A DNA stretch of 64,000 nucleotides from assembly GCA_965248575.1 (NCBI GenBank), contig CBDFJQ010000002.1:3104001-3168000 (forward strand). Reading direction: 5' to 3'. Below, in pieces: positions 38,496-48,113 of this stretch (the stretch's first letter is position 1; every line of letters begins with the position of its first letter). Both the position numbers and the translations under genes were made by a program. The DNA is from Planctomycetota bacterium. Lineage in GTDB: Bacteria; Planctomycetota; B15-G4. The notes below the pieces were generated by a model that was given only the letters and a program-made list of their open reading frames with translations, was not told the origin of the DNA and ran no database searches.

Positions 38496-39101
38496 ATGAC
38501 TTCCGGTACGACCGACGCAGCACTCGCCGCCATCGACACCTTCATCGCCGACTCCAAGATCGACACCAGCGTGGATGGCTGGCGCTCGCGCCTCCCCCGC
38601 CCTCCGCAGGTGAGCTTCGATGCCGACACCATGTACGTCTGGAAGCTGCAGACGTCCGAGGGTGATGTGACGGTGCGCATGCTGACCGACACCACCCCCA
38701 TGCACGCGTCGAGTACGGCCTTCCTGGCGAAGCTGGGTTTCTACGACGGCCTGAGCTTCCACCGGGTCATCGAAGGCTTCATGGCCCAGGGCGGTTGCCC
38801 GCTCGGCACGGGCACAGGCGGCCCCGGCTACCAGTACGCCGGCGAGTTCCCCAGCGACATGGCCAAGCACAACAAGCCGGGCCTGCTGAGCATGGCCAAC
38901 GCCGGCCCCAACACGGACGGAAGCCAGTTCTTCCTGACCTTCGTGGCCACGCCCCACCTGGACGGAAACCACAGCGTCTTCGGCGAGGTCATCGACGGCA
39001 TGGACGTCATCAAGGCCCTCGAAGCCAAGGGCAGCAGCAGCGGCCGCCCCAAGGCGCCCATGAGCATCAAGAAGACCACCTTCGAGATCAACGCAGGCTG
39101 A
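38496..39101 (+). CDS. Cyclophilin-type peptidyl-prolyl isomerase (cytoplasmic)
   Basis: [57 protein letters not shown]. Confidence 0.95.
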   Translation: MTSGTTDAALAAIDTFIADSKIDTSVDGWRSRLPRPPQVSFDADTMYVWKLQTSEGDVTVRMLTDTTPMHASSTAFLAKLGFYDGLSFHRVIEGFMAQGGCPLGTGTGGPGYQYAGEFPSDMAKHNKPGLLSMANAGPNTDGSQFFLTFVATPHLDGNHSVFGEVIDGMDVIKALEAKGSSSGRPKAPMSIKKTTFEINAG

Positions 39102-39147
39102 GCCTGACGCCCTGCGCAGGACCTCCAACGCGAGAGCGCGTGGAGCC

Positions 39148-39200
39148 AACAGCCGTCAACCGGTGTCGGGTCTCGACACGGGTTGGCGGCTGTTTCCTTG
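39148..39200 (+). terminator. Long hairpin, probable intrinsic terminator after the cyclophilin pair
   Basis: AACAGCCGTCAACC-G-GTGTCG...CGACAC-G-GGTTGGCGGCTGTT followed by TCCTTG. Confidence 0.55.
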
Positions 39201-39357
39201 TCTAAGGGATCGCTACATCCCCCTTCGAGTCGAGGAAGGAGCGGATGGGCCTCGCCATCCGCTGCGCCTGGATCGCCTATGATCCAGCTGCGTGTCCAGG
39301 GCGGGCTGGAACGGCTAAACGACTCAAGCCAGGCAGGAGGCAGCCACCAAGGCGCCG

Positions 39358-40578
39358 ATGAATCTCAGGGGAAGAGCGAGTCGTTCCAAGTACCGGGTCT
39401 TCCTGGCTTCCACCAAGGCAGACCTGGAGAAGCAGCGGATGTTCGTCGCAGAGCAACTTCGGCAGGCAGATATCGATGTCGTTCAGATGGAAGACTGGCC
39501 TGCGGATGCGGCCACGCCCGACGCCCTTTCGGTCAAGCGACTCAAAGGCTGCCAGTTCTGCATCGTGCTCGTCGCCTTTCAGCGTGGAACGATTGCGGTT
39601 GGCGACCCACAAGGCTCCAGCATCGTTCAGCTGGAAGTTGCTGCCGCAGAAGCAAGCGGGGCAGAGATCCTCTACTTCCTGCTTGAGGACACGCCCACCA
39701 ATCGTGCGAGTTGGCCAGCTCAGTACAACAAGCTTGACGAGCTCGACACCGTCGCGTGGCGGCGTGAGATTCAACGAACCCGGGTCTGCCAGGGTTTCCA
39801 GGCAGGGTCTGGACCGGATTCCATGCCGCACGTCCTGCCGTCCGTCATGCGCGCCATCGCCGAGGTCGAGGCCAAGGCGCGCAAGCGCCTCCAGGTACTC
39901 ATCCTGATCGGGACCATCGCAGCACTGGGCTCCCTGACGCTCATCGCGACGTCGGAATTCGTCCGTTCGGCTGTCCTCTCACGACTACACACACTCGACG
40001 ACCCCACGGTCTTCACCGGAAGCCGGGACGGCGACTATGAAACAGTCCGCTTGATCGACGGCCGCTCGGATCTACTCGACAACACGAACTTCCGTGAAGA
40101 CCTGCTAGGCGCGCAACACACTTTCAACATGTTCGCCGTGCAGTTCTTCACCTTCCAGGACTACGCACGGGAGTTTGAGGAGATGCTCCAACGCGGGGTT
40201 CGTGTGCGCATGGTGCTAGCTGACTACTCGGAAGCGAATCGCGACAACCTCCTGGGTTTCCTGCGCGCCAAACAGGACGTGAACCCCGAAGACGGCATCT
40301 CCATCACATCGCACACCGTCGCGCTCATTCGTGAACTCTCAGCCAAGTACCCCGGGCAGTTCGACCTGAGGCTGACAAGGCTTCCCATCTTCTACTCGCT
40401 CTGGGTCCGTGACGAAGCTTCGGAGAACGCACTGGCTCAGCTCGGTGTGCACTACTACGCGGCCATCACCAACTGGGCGTACTTCCGCCTCTCACCCGTA
40501 ACAGGTGGCGACCAGTTCATACATCTGATCGAGCAATTCGACGAAATCTGGAAGCTCTCGGAACCGGTCGAGGACTGA
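39358..40578 (+). CDS. DUF4062 (TIR-like) domain + TM + C-terminal PLD-fold-like (DUF5919-like) domain protein
   Basis: N-terminal VFLAST..DL...R......ME.W.A....P...C.....G...S....E...A; one hydrophobic helix; C-terminal GVRVRMVL.D, LRL...P, QFDEIW..S.P. Confidence 0.7.
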   Translation: MNLRGRASRSKYRVFLASTKADLEKQRMFVAEQLRQADIDVVQMEDWPADAATPDALSVKRLKGCQFCIVLVAFQRGTIAVGDPQGSSIVQLEVAAAEASGAEILYFLLEDTPTNRASWPAQYNKLDELDTVAWRREIQRTRVCQGFQAGSGPDSMPHVLPSVMRAIAEVEAKARKRLQVLILIGTIAALGSLTLIATSEFVRSAVLSRLHTLDDPTVFTGSRDGDYETVRLIDGRSDLLDNTNFREDLLGAQHTFNMFAVQFFTFQDYAREFEEMLQRGVRVRMVLADYSEANRDNLLGFLRAKQDVNPEDGISITSHTVALIRELSAKYPGQFDLRLTRLPIFYSLWVRDEASENALAQLGVHYYAAITNWAYFRLSPVTGGDQFIHLIEQFDEIWKLSEPVED

Positions 40579-40593
40579 CCTCGAAGCCCCCCT

Positions 40594-42141
40594 TCACTCC
40601 GCCGAGTGGCTCACCGTGCGTTCGTCGCCGATCTGCATCCTCGCTGACAGCCGCGACGCGCCTTGCCCCGCCACGAACGTAAAGAAGCGCAGGAAGCCCT
40701 TGGTGACCACGCGGCGCAGGAAGTCCTGGCCGCGCCAGATTCGTCCGCCGCTCATGCCTTGGGCGCCGCGCACGAGCTCGTTCTGCTCCGTCACCAACCA
40801 CTCGCTGTAGAGCATGTACATCCAGGTGTAGGGGCGGCTGAACCACTTCCAGCGGATGGCCTTCTGTGCGAGCGGCATCAGGCTGGGGTTGCGCACCACA
40901 AGCGGAAACCACTTGTGCAGGTTCTCGAAGTGGTGCCGGTCGGGCCGGGCGATGGACGTCGTGCGATTGAAGAGCGCCGGGAACTCGTCCCAGGAGTCCG
41001 TGGCCACGCCCATCTCTTCCGTCATCTCGTTGATGTCGGTCATGGGGTAGGGCTGGAGCAGGCTGCAAAGGGGGTGGTCCACCTCGCATTCGATGTTCAG
41101 CTTCACCGTCTCGAGCTCGTCGTCGATGCTCGCCCCCGGGCCGCCCAGCATGTTGAGGCTACCTAGCCGCAGGCCTGCGCTGCGGATCAGCTGCGCCGCC
41201 CGCACCAACTGCGCGCGGGTGGTGTTCTTGCGCATCACCGCATTTCGCATGTGGTCATCCGCCGCCTCGAAGGCGATGCGCGCGTAGACGCATCCAGCCT
41301 TCTTCAACAGCCGGGTGTGCTTCTCCGTGACCATGTTCGCCATGAGGATGGCGTCGAAGGGCAGCCCCACTTCCACGGGCCAACGATCCGCGAACTCCTC
41401 CAGCCAACGGTTGTTGACGTTGAAGATGTCGTCCAGGAAGTGCACGAAGCCCAGGGGGTACTTCTCCTTGATGGCCAGGGCTTCCTGGATCACGTGCTCG
41501 ACGCTGCGACGGCGCACGTACTCGTTGTTGGAGATCTTGTAGACCTTCGTCTTCCACGCGTGGTGGAAGCAGAAGGAGCAGTTCATGGGGCAGCCGCGGT
41601 CCGTCTTGATGACCTTGCGATCGCTGTTGCGATAGATGCTCGAGGCGTCGTAGATCAGGGACCGGTCGCAGAGGCCGATGGCGTCCAGGTCTTGCACCAG
41701 GGGCCGCAGCTCGTTCTTGTGCAGCGTTCCTTCGGCGTCGCGGTACCAGATGTTCTGGATGCCCGACGGGTCCGTGCCCTGCTCGATGGCGTTCACGAAC
41801 TCGACGATGGCCTCTTCGCCTTCGCCTCGACAGATGGCGTCAAAGCCCGCCTCTTCCATGAACTCTGGCACCACCGTCACGTGCGGCCCGCCGGCCAGGG
41901 AGACGACGTTGGGCACCAACTTCTTCACGATGGTGTTCAGGCCGGACACCGCCTGGTGCACGCCGGTCGTGAAGGAGTAGCAGACCACGCCAGGGTCATA
42001 GGCCTTGAGCTTGGCCGGAAAGGTGGCATCTGGCACGAACAGCATCTTGGTTTCGTGGCCCGCGGCCTTCAGGGCGGCGGAAAGATACATGACGCCCAGC
42101 GGTTCCTGGGCGAGATAGGTGGAGACGAACAACACGCGCAC
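40594..42141 (-). CDS. B12-binding-domain radical SAM protein
   Basis: EPLGVMYLSAALK..GH, GGPH.T, GEGEEA, RGCPMNCSFC, FLDDIF. Confidence 0.92.
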   Translation of the reverse strand: MRVLFVSTYLAQEPLGVMYLSAALKAAGHETKMLFVPDATFPAKLKAYDPGVVCYSFTTGVHQAVSGLNTIVKKLVPNVVSLAGGPHVTVVPEFMEEAGFDAICRGEGEEAIVEFVNAIEQGTDPSGIQNIWYRDAEGTLHKNELRPLVQDLDAIGLCDRSLIYDASSIYRNSDRKVIKTDRGCPMNCSFCFHHAWKTKVYKISNNEYVRRRSVEHVIQEALAIKEKYPLGFVHFLDDIFNVNNRWLEEFADRWPVEVGLPFDAILMANMVTEKHTRLLKKAGCVYARIAFEAADDHMRNAVMRKNTTRAQLVRAAQLIRSAGLRLGSLNMLGGPGASIDDELETVKLNIECEVDHPLCSLLQPYPMTDINEMTEEMGVATDSWDEFPALFNRTTSIARPDRHHFENLHKWFPLVVRNPSLMPLAQKAIRWKWFSRPYTWMYMLYSEWLVTEQNELVRGAQGMSGGRIWRGQDFLRRVVTKGFLRFFTFVAGQGASRLSARMQIGDERTVSHSAE

Positions 42142-42153
42142 GGCCTTTGCCCT

Positions 42154-42765
42154 CTAGCAGTCGATGAGTCCAGCAGCCCTGCGTCGCCCACGCATCTCTT
42201 CCGTCATCCATGCGATGACAGCCGGGTCGGTGAGCAATTGCCGCGCCACGGGGAACAGCACTTCGTTTTCCTTCTGCATATGCTCGCGATAGGACGCGGC
42301 AATGTTCATGGCGCAACGCACAGTCGCCTGCACATCTCGCTTGACGATGGCGGTATCCAACGTGCGGCGCGTGTCCATGTGCCGGCGGTGGTCACTCTCC
42401 ATGCAATCCATGGGAGTGGTCGTCGCCTCGGCGAACTGCGGATGCTTGCGCAACATGGGGAAGAGCGTCTGCTCTTCGTCAGCCGTGTGCAGCGGGACGG
42501 CCGTGTCGAGGAAGGAGATGATGTCGCCCAGGACCGCCAGGTGCTCGTCGCGAAATTTTTGGGCGTCTCGCAGCGAACGCGCCACCTCTTCGAGCACTTC
42601 GAGGCGCTGAGTGATGTGCTCGTGACAGCGTTCCAGGATCTCGAAGGCGCCGGCGTGGGCACACGCGCTGTGGTCCACCGGCTGCGGGGGCTTGGGGCAG
42701 GCGTGGAAGTAATCTCCAGACGCAGGGCCCTTGGCGTGGCCCGCCGCATTTCTGGAGGAGGTCAT
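42154..42765 (-). CDS. Hemerythrin-domain protein
   Basis: CHEHI, LHTADEE..LFP, ESDH, EH..KENEVLFP. Confidence 0.85.
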   Translation of the reverse strand: MTSSRNAAGHAKGPASGDYFHACPKPPQPVDHSACAHAGAFEILERCHEHITQRLEVLEEVARSLRDAQKFRDEHLAVLGDIISFLDTAVPLHTADEEQTLFPMLRKHPQFAEATTTPMDCMESDHRRHMDTRRTLDTAIVKRDVQATVRCAMNIAASYREHMQKENEVLFPVARQLLTDPAVIAWMTEEMRGRRRAAGLIDC

Positions 42766-42940
42766 TGCGTCGCTCGTCGGGGGGGGACGCGCCCCTTTGT
42801 CCAAAGCGAATGAGCCATCGAATCAAGGAACTGGTCAGCAGTCCTGATGGGGCGGCTACACGCTGAGGGACGTGTCCGCTCGAAGCATCGTCCGAAATCC
42901 ACGAGTCGGCCCTGGGCAATAGGGCGTAGTTGGCCAAAAA

Positions 42941-43107
42941 AAAACCTCGTGGGACGGGTGGTCTGGGCCACGACCTCGGCCGCATTCCCACTGCCCCCGG
43001 CCCCCCTTTCGCGACACCAGTGACACGCACAGGGAAGGGCCGAACCCCTCGTTCAGGCCTGCTGGAGGCTCGCCAAGGTCGGCTTCTGCCAAGCAGCCCC
43101 ACGCGAG
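42941..43107 (+). ncRNA. ssrS: Probable 6S RNA (strand not certain)
   Basis: Intergenic rod of about 165 nt: closing stem CGTGGG/CCCACG, inner helix CGACCTCGGC/GCCAAGGTCG, central bubble with 5' CATTCCCAC and 3' mini-hairpin GCCT-GCTGG-AGGC, terminal helix CGGCCC/GGGCCG. Confidence 0.55.
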
Positions 43108-43155
43108 CCGGTTGCCCGCTTACCGACTGATGAATCGGCGTGCATACTGTGCGCC

Positions 43156-44229
43156 ATGCCCGCACCCCCGCAACCATTGTTGGACCCTTTGGAGGGCGCC
43201 CAATCGGATCCCGTTTCGACGGCACCCGAACTCGCCTCCCTGGTCCCGGACCCCAACTCCGCCCGCATCCAGCGGCGTGAGGCCAAGTCCAAGCAACGCG
43301 CTGCAGAGCGAGGCGACGACGGCCATGCACCCGTGAGCCGCCCCATCGCCGGCGGCATCGCCTGCACCGCCATGCGGTGGATGGGCGCGCTCTCCCTGCG
43401 CTCCGCGCAGATCGTGGGCAGCTTCGCGGGCCGGATCACCGCGGCGCTTCCCAGTTCGTCGTTCCACCGCAGTCTCGTCAACCTCGAGATCTGCATGCCG
43501 GAACTTTCGCCGGCAGAGCGCAAGCGCATGGCCAAGCTCAGCCTGCGACACATGAGCCGCGCCGCCATGGAGCTGCCAGTGCTCTGGCGCTCCAGCACCG
43601 AGACCATCCAGGGCATGGTGCGCCAGGTGCACGGGCAGGAGCATCTCGACGCCGCCCGCGCCAACGGCCGCGGCCTGCTCATGGCCTGCCCACACCTCGG
43701 CAGCTGGGAGTTCATGGGCCTCTGGTTCTCCACCCAGCAAGCCATGACCGGCCTCTACCGGCACCCGCCCATCAAGCAGTTCGACGAGATGATGCGGCAC
43801 GGGCGCTCGCACCTCGGCGCCACCCTGCTCGAAGCCACCAGCGGTTCCCTGCGTGGATTGATCCGCGCCCTGCACCGCAACGAATGCGTCTGGATGATGC
43901 CCGACCAGGTACCCGCCCGCGGCTCCGGCCAATGGTGCCACCTCTTCGGGCGCCCCGCGCTGATCGCGACGCTGCTGCCGAAACTGGCCGCGCGCACGGG
44001 GGCGACGGTGGTCTGGGCCTACGCCGAGCGCTTGCCGAAGGGGCAGGGCTTCGACATCCACTACCTGCCGGCCAGCGAGGACTGCAACTCAGCGGACATG
44101 GACCGCGCGGTGGCGGCGACCTGCCGCGACACCGAGCGCACGATCCGTGATTGCCCGGAGCAGTACCTGTGGCGCTATCGGCGCTTCAGGAAATGCCCGC
44201 AGGGTGGGGACTCGCCGTACAAGAAGTGA
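43156..44229 (+). CDS. Lipid A late acyltransferase (LpxL/HtrB family)
   Basis: NL..CMPE, PHLGSWE, PDQ.P, LFG.PA, PEQYLW.YRRF. Confidence 0.9.
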   Translation: MPAPPQPLLDPLEGAQSDPVSTAPELASLVPDPNSARIQRREAKSKQRAAERGDDGHAPVSRPIAGGIACTAMRWMGALSLRSAQIVGSFAGRITAALPSSSFHRSLVNLEICMPELSPAERKRMAKLSLRHMSRAAMELPVLWRSSTETIQGMVRQVHGQEHLDAARANGRGLLMACPHLGSWEFMGLWFSTQQAMTGLYRHPPIKQFDEMMRHGRSHLGATLLEATSGSLRGLIRALHRNECVWMMPDQVPARGSGQWCHLFGRPALIATLLPKLAARTGATVVWAYAERLPKGQGFDIHYLPASEDCNSADMDRAVAATCRDTERTIRDCPEQYLWRYRRFRKCPQGGDSPYKK

Positions 44230-44642
44230 TGGACGTGAGCGACACAGCCATCACCGCCCTTCTCATCGCAGCGACCGTGGTGTCACTCGGCCTGGTGGTG
44301 TGGTCGATCGCCTACGCCTACCGACGGCGCAACGCGCAGCGCAAACGTTGGGCCGTGGTCTGCCTCGGCCTCGTCCTTGCCGCGCTCATCAATCCCCTGC
44401 TGAGCGTGAACGCCGAAGGCTGGTATCTCGAAATGCGAGCTGTGCAGATGCACGAACTCGCGGGCGCCCCGCTCGACGAGTTCGTTCATGAGTTCGGAGA
44501 GCCAGACGGCTCGATCGGCATGAACTCTGGCGGCGAGTCCATCTCCTACACCTCCCCTTGGATCTTCCTGTACAGAGCGCAGGAGGTCATCGTTCATCTC
44601 GGACCCGACAACCAAGTTGGCTATGCGATTGTTGGGGGGTAG
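44229..44642 (+). CDS. Hypothetical membrane protein
   Basis: Two TM segments then FGEPD; TGATG overlap with the LpxL-family gene. Confidence 0.6.
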   Translation: MDVSDTAITALLIAATVVSLGLVVWSIAYAYRRRNAQRKRWAVVCLGLVLAALINPLLSVNAEGWYLEMRAVQMHELAGAPLDEFVHEFGEPDGSIGMNSGGESISYTSPWIFLYRAQEVIVHLGPDNQVGYAIVGG

Positions 44643-46217
44643 CTAGACCCCCGACTTCCCCTCTGGCCCCGTCCCACTCTCCGGCTCAGCGCTTGCCTCG
44701 TCCCCATCACTCGCGGCAGCCTCAGGCGCCACCTCGAGCTGCGCGCCGCCGGTAGCGCCCGCGAGCGCGGGAGTGCTTCCGTCGCCCTCACCGTCATCCG
44801 CCTCATCCGCAAACTGCGCCAGGGCTGGCAGCACGAACTCCCGCGTGAGGATCACCAAGCAGGCGGCAAGCGGGATCGCGATCAGCATCCCGAACACGCC
44901 CAGCGCCGCACCGCCGATGAAGACCGACACGAGCACCACCACGGGATGCAGTCCGAGGCTCGTGCCCAGGATCTTCGGCACCAGGACGTAGCCCTCGATG
45001 ACCTCGGCCAAGCCGAACACGATGCTGGCCCGGATCAGCGTCCCGAGAAACTCCGCGTCCGGCGGAAGCAGGCCCATGGAGAAGGCGGCCGTGAAACCAA
45101 TCAGCGGACCCACGAAGGGCACGAGAGCCAGGAAGCCGCTGCTCATGCCGATCAGCAGGGGATAGGGGATGCCCACCAGCGCCAGACCGACGGCGATGAT
45201 CCCGCCCTTGAGGAAGCAGATGAGCAGGCGGCCGCGGAAGAAGTTGGCCAGCACCTCGCCGATCTGGCTCGCCACGTGGGAGACCCGGCGCCGCTCGTTT
45301 ACGGGTAGGTAGCGCCGGAAGAAGCGGCGGATGCGCCCCAGCTCGAACAGCAGGAAGTAGGTGTAGATGGGCAACAGCACGATCAGTGTGAGGAAGCCCA
45401 GCACCGAGCCGAACCAGCTCTGCAACAGGCTCCAGGCGCTGCCCGCCCCCTTGAGCGCCATCTTGCCAGCGCCGGCCTGCTCGTTGCTCAGTGCCTGCCA
45501 ACCGCCACGCAGCAGGTCGGCGAAGGAGCCCGACTCGTCCGCTTCGTCGGAAGCAGTCTCATCACCCGCTGCCGCCAGCGCATCGGTCTCGCCCTCACTC
45601 GCAGCGCCCGTCGGCTCGTGCGCAGCATCGATGTCTGCGCCCTGGGCCAGCTGCTTGGCATCCGGCGTCACGACTGTGCCCGGCGCACCTTCCACCGGTC
45701 CGCCGTCCACCAGCTCGCCCATGACCGGCTCGCCTTCAACTGGTTTCCCCTCAACCTGTCCCCCCTCAGCCTGTCCCCCCTCAACCGGTCCCCCCTCAAC
45801 CGGCGCACCCTCAACCGTCTCGCCAGCCTCCCCCTCCGGCTCGTCCTCGGGCAGCAGGGTCTCGAACCAATCGCGATGGTCGTCCACGAAGACATCGAAG
45901 GAGCGCTCCACCCGGCCCACCAGATCGATGTCGGCGTCCATGACGTCGCGCACCATCATGCGACCCTGCACGTAGACGCCGAAGCCCACCGTGACCAACA
46001 CCACGCTGAAGGCGATGAAGATCAGGTTGGCCGCTGCCCGCCGGCTCCAGCCCTTGCGCTCCACCTTGCGCACCATGGGATGCAGGGTGGACGCCAGGAT
46101 GTAGCCCAACACAAGCGGATTGAGCACCGAACGCACGGTCCAGGAGAACCACACCAGGACGATGGCGATGGCGGCCAGCGCCACGTTGCGGCGAGTCTTC
46201 GACAGGTTCTCGATCAT
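44643..46217 (-). CDS. AI-2E (PerM) family transporter with acidic repeat insertion
   Basis: P...GY.LA..L.P.V, FFRG, VPFVG, EGYVL.PKI.G..LGLHP, G..G.LIAIP. Confidence 0.9.
   Translation of the reverse strand: MIENLSKTRRNVALAAIAIVLVWFSWTVRSVLNPLVLGYILASTLHPMVRKVERKGWSRRAAANLIFIAFSVVLVTVGFGVYVQGRMMVRDVMDADIDLVGRVERSFDVFVDDHRDWFETLLPEDEPEGEAGETVEGAPVEGGPVEGGQAEGGQVEGKPVEGEPVMGELVDGGPVEGAPGTVVTPDAKQLAQGADIDAAHEPTGAASEGETDALAAAGDETASDEADESGSFADLLRGGWQALSNEQAGAGKMALKGAGSAWSLLQSWFGSVLGFLTLIVLLPIYTYFLLFELGRIRRFFRRYLPVNERRRVSHVASQIGEVLANFFRGRLLICFLKGGIIAVGLALVGIPYPLLIGMSSGFLALVPFVGPLIGFTAAFSMGLLPPDAEFLGTLIRASIVFGLAEVIEGYVLVPKILGTSLGLHPVVVLVSVFIGGAALGVFGMLIAIPLAACLVILTREFVLPALAQFADEADDGEGDGSTPALAGATGGAQLEVAPEAAASDGDEASAEPESGTGPEGKSGV
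45688..45822. repeat. Degenerate 15-bp tandem repeat (about nine units) encoding VEGxP/Q pentapeptides
   Basis: Units include ccctcaacctgtccc, ccctcagcctgtccc, ccctcaaccggtccc and ccctcaaccggcgca. Confidence 0.85.
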
Positions 46218-46379
46218 GCGGAGCTCCCCCGGGAGATTGGCGGCCGCCAGGGTAACCCCCCGGGTCAGCCTCAGGATCACCCAAGGGCAGGCGGCGGCGA
46301 GGGGCGTGCATGGGTGCGCAACAGGGCGGCGCAAAAGGCCAACCCACAAGCGGCACGGGGATCGTTAGCCTCTGCGCCC

Positions 46380-47309
46380 ATGCCGCCCGCAAGCTCCCAC
46401 CCCATCCAGCGCTTCAAGGCGCCCCTGTCCATCACCACGGGCCAGCCGCTGAAGGAGCTCTTCGACGCCAAACTGGTGGGGCTCATCGGCGCGTCCTTCG
46501 CGGCCGTCCACCCGGACTTCCAGCGCGCGCGCTTCCGCAAGGCGGCCTGCGACGGCCTCGAGCAGGGCAGCATGCTGCAGCGGGCCGCCCACATCGCCGA
46601 CGCCCTGGCCGCCGAGCTGCCCGCCTCCTTCCCCGCCGCGGCGAAGATCCTCAACGCCTCCCTCGGCCCCACGCTGGCCGAGACGAGCGGCAACGGCCTT
46701 CGCACCTTCTTCTACCTGCCCCACAGCGCGTTCGTCGCGAAGCATGGTGTCGCGCATTTCGACGCCGGCATGAAGGCCTGCTACGAGATCACGCGCCGCT
46801 CCACCGCAGAGTTCTGCATCCGCCCCTTCATCATGCGACACCAGCAACGCGCCCTTGCGCGGCTGCTCAAATGGACCCGAGACCCCGACCCCCACGTGCG
46901 TCGCCTGTGCACCGAAGGCTCCCGGCCCCGCCTGCCCTGGGCCTCGCGCCTGCCGGCCCTTGCGGCCGACCCCGAGCTGGCGCTGCCCCTGCTCGAAACG
47001 CTCAAGGATGACAGCGAACTCTACGTGCGCCGCAGCATCGCGAACCACCTGGGCGACGTCTGCAAGGATCACCCCGAGTGGACGTTCGCACTCTGCAAAG
47101 ATTGGTTGGATGAGGTGGCTGAAGAGGACGACGCCCGTCGCAAAGAGCGCTACTGGATGATCCGCCACGCGGTCCGGCTCCCGGCCCAGAAGGGCGTGCG
47201 CGCTGCACTGAAGCTCCGGGCCGCAGCCAAGGCGCCTAGCAAGGCGGCCAAGAACACTCCCACGAAGATCTCCGCCAAGCCCGCCAAACGTCGCAGCAAG
47301 AACGCCTGA
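46380..47309 (+). CDS. DNA alkylation repair enzyme (AlkC-like HEAT-repeat glycosylase)
   Basis: TAEFCIRPF, HVRRLCTEGSRPRLPW, LKDD..LYVRRSIANHL.D..KDHP; Lys/Ala-rich tail. Confidence 0.85.
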   Translation: MPPASSHPIQRFKAPLSITTGQPLKELFDAKLVGLIGASFAAVHPDFQRARFRKAACDGLEQGSMLQRAAHIADALAAELPASFPAAAKILNASLGPTLAETSGNGLRTFFYLPHSAFVAKHGVAHFDAGMKACYEITRRSTAEFCIRPFIMRHQQRALARLLKWTRDPDPHVRRLCTEGSRPRLPWASRLPALAADPELALPLLETLKDDSELYVRRSIANHLGDVCKDHPEWTFALCKDWLDEVAEEDDARRKERYWMIRHAVRLPAQKGVRAALKLRAAAKAPSKAAKNTPTKISAKPAKRRSKNA

Positions 47310-47312
47310 CCC

Positions 47313-48113
47313 ATGACGCTCCCCGACAAGAATCGCGACGCGGGCCCTCCGAAGCAGGCCTCCAGCTTCAAGCCCATGAACATCAGCTTCGGTGCGCCAC
47401 AGGACGAAACACCCACCTCGCGCGAAGTGCGGCCGGGGCCCGACTCCCGCAGCGTGCGCAGCGAGGTGGGACAACGCCTGACGGTGCCGGAAGGCTGGGT
47501 GCTCGTGCCCCCCGGCGATCCGGCTCTGACCCGACGCATCAAGGCGGCCGGACCCTGCTGGACCATGAAGGAGAAGCGCGGCCGACGCATGACCTCCCTA
47601 GGAGTCTGGACAGACGGAGCCAAGGTCGAAGAGATCCGTGCAGCCCTCGAAGTCGAGCGAGCCGACCCGGCCTACGCCAAGCGCCTCACCGCGGGCCGCG
47701 TGCGACGTGAGGCCACACAGGAGAAGTACGTCGAGGACTTTGAAGCCTCGGTCTGTCGCTTCTTGGCCTTCGCCAAACCCTACGAAGCCCTGGGCCGCGC
47801 AGTGGCTACGGCCATCGCGAAGCACGCCACGCCCGTGGGCAGCGGCACCGTCGCGCGCACGAAGCGCATCTCCGTCCAGCAACGCGCGGAGGCAGCCACC
47901 ATCGCCTGGTTGCGGCACCAGACCACCGGCTATGACGACATGCGCATCCCCCGCCTGGCCGGCAAGCGCCGGGAGGTGCGCCGGGAACTCGCCGAACGCT
48001 CACGCCTGATGCTGCGTCGCTACAGGGATGGTGAGGCGATCCCGGCCGAGCGGTGCCCGTTGCGCGTGGCCCTGGGCAAGACCTCGCCGGGCTTCCCAGG
48101 CCTCAAGGGCTAG
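47313..48113 (+). CDS. DUF2293-type conserved protein
   Basis: VPEGW.L.PPGD.ALTRR.K, HATPVGSGTVART, AW.RHQTT.YD. Confidence 0.75.
   Translation: MTLPDKNRDAGPPKQASSFKPMNISFGAPQDETPTSREVRPGPDSRSVRSEVGQRLTVPEGWVLVPPGDPALTRRIKAAGPCWTMKEKRGRRMTSLGVWTDGAKVEEIRAALEVERADPAYAKRLTAGRVRREATQEKYVEDFEASVCRFLAFAKPYEALGRAVATAIAKHATPVGSGTVARTKRISVQQRAEAATIAWLRHQTTGYDDMRIPRLAGKRREVRRELAERSRLMLRRYRDGEAIPAERCPLRVALGKTSPGFPGLKG

Noticed and set aside
39148..39194. Possible integron attC site before the DUF4062 gene
   Set aside because: No proper RYYYAAC/GTTRRRY core pair, no second copy and no integrase; a terminator is the simpler explanation.
42980..43050. Cobalamin riboswitch-like words (CTGCCCCCG, GGGAAGG)
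   Set aside because: The GGGAA-GGTG-AA-TCC and GCAACTGT/GCCACTG elements are missing, the downstream + strand gene is LpxL-like, and a rod-like fold explains the region better.
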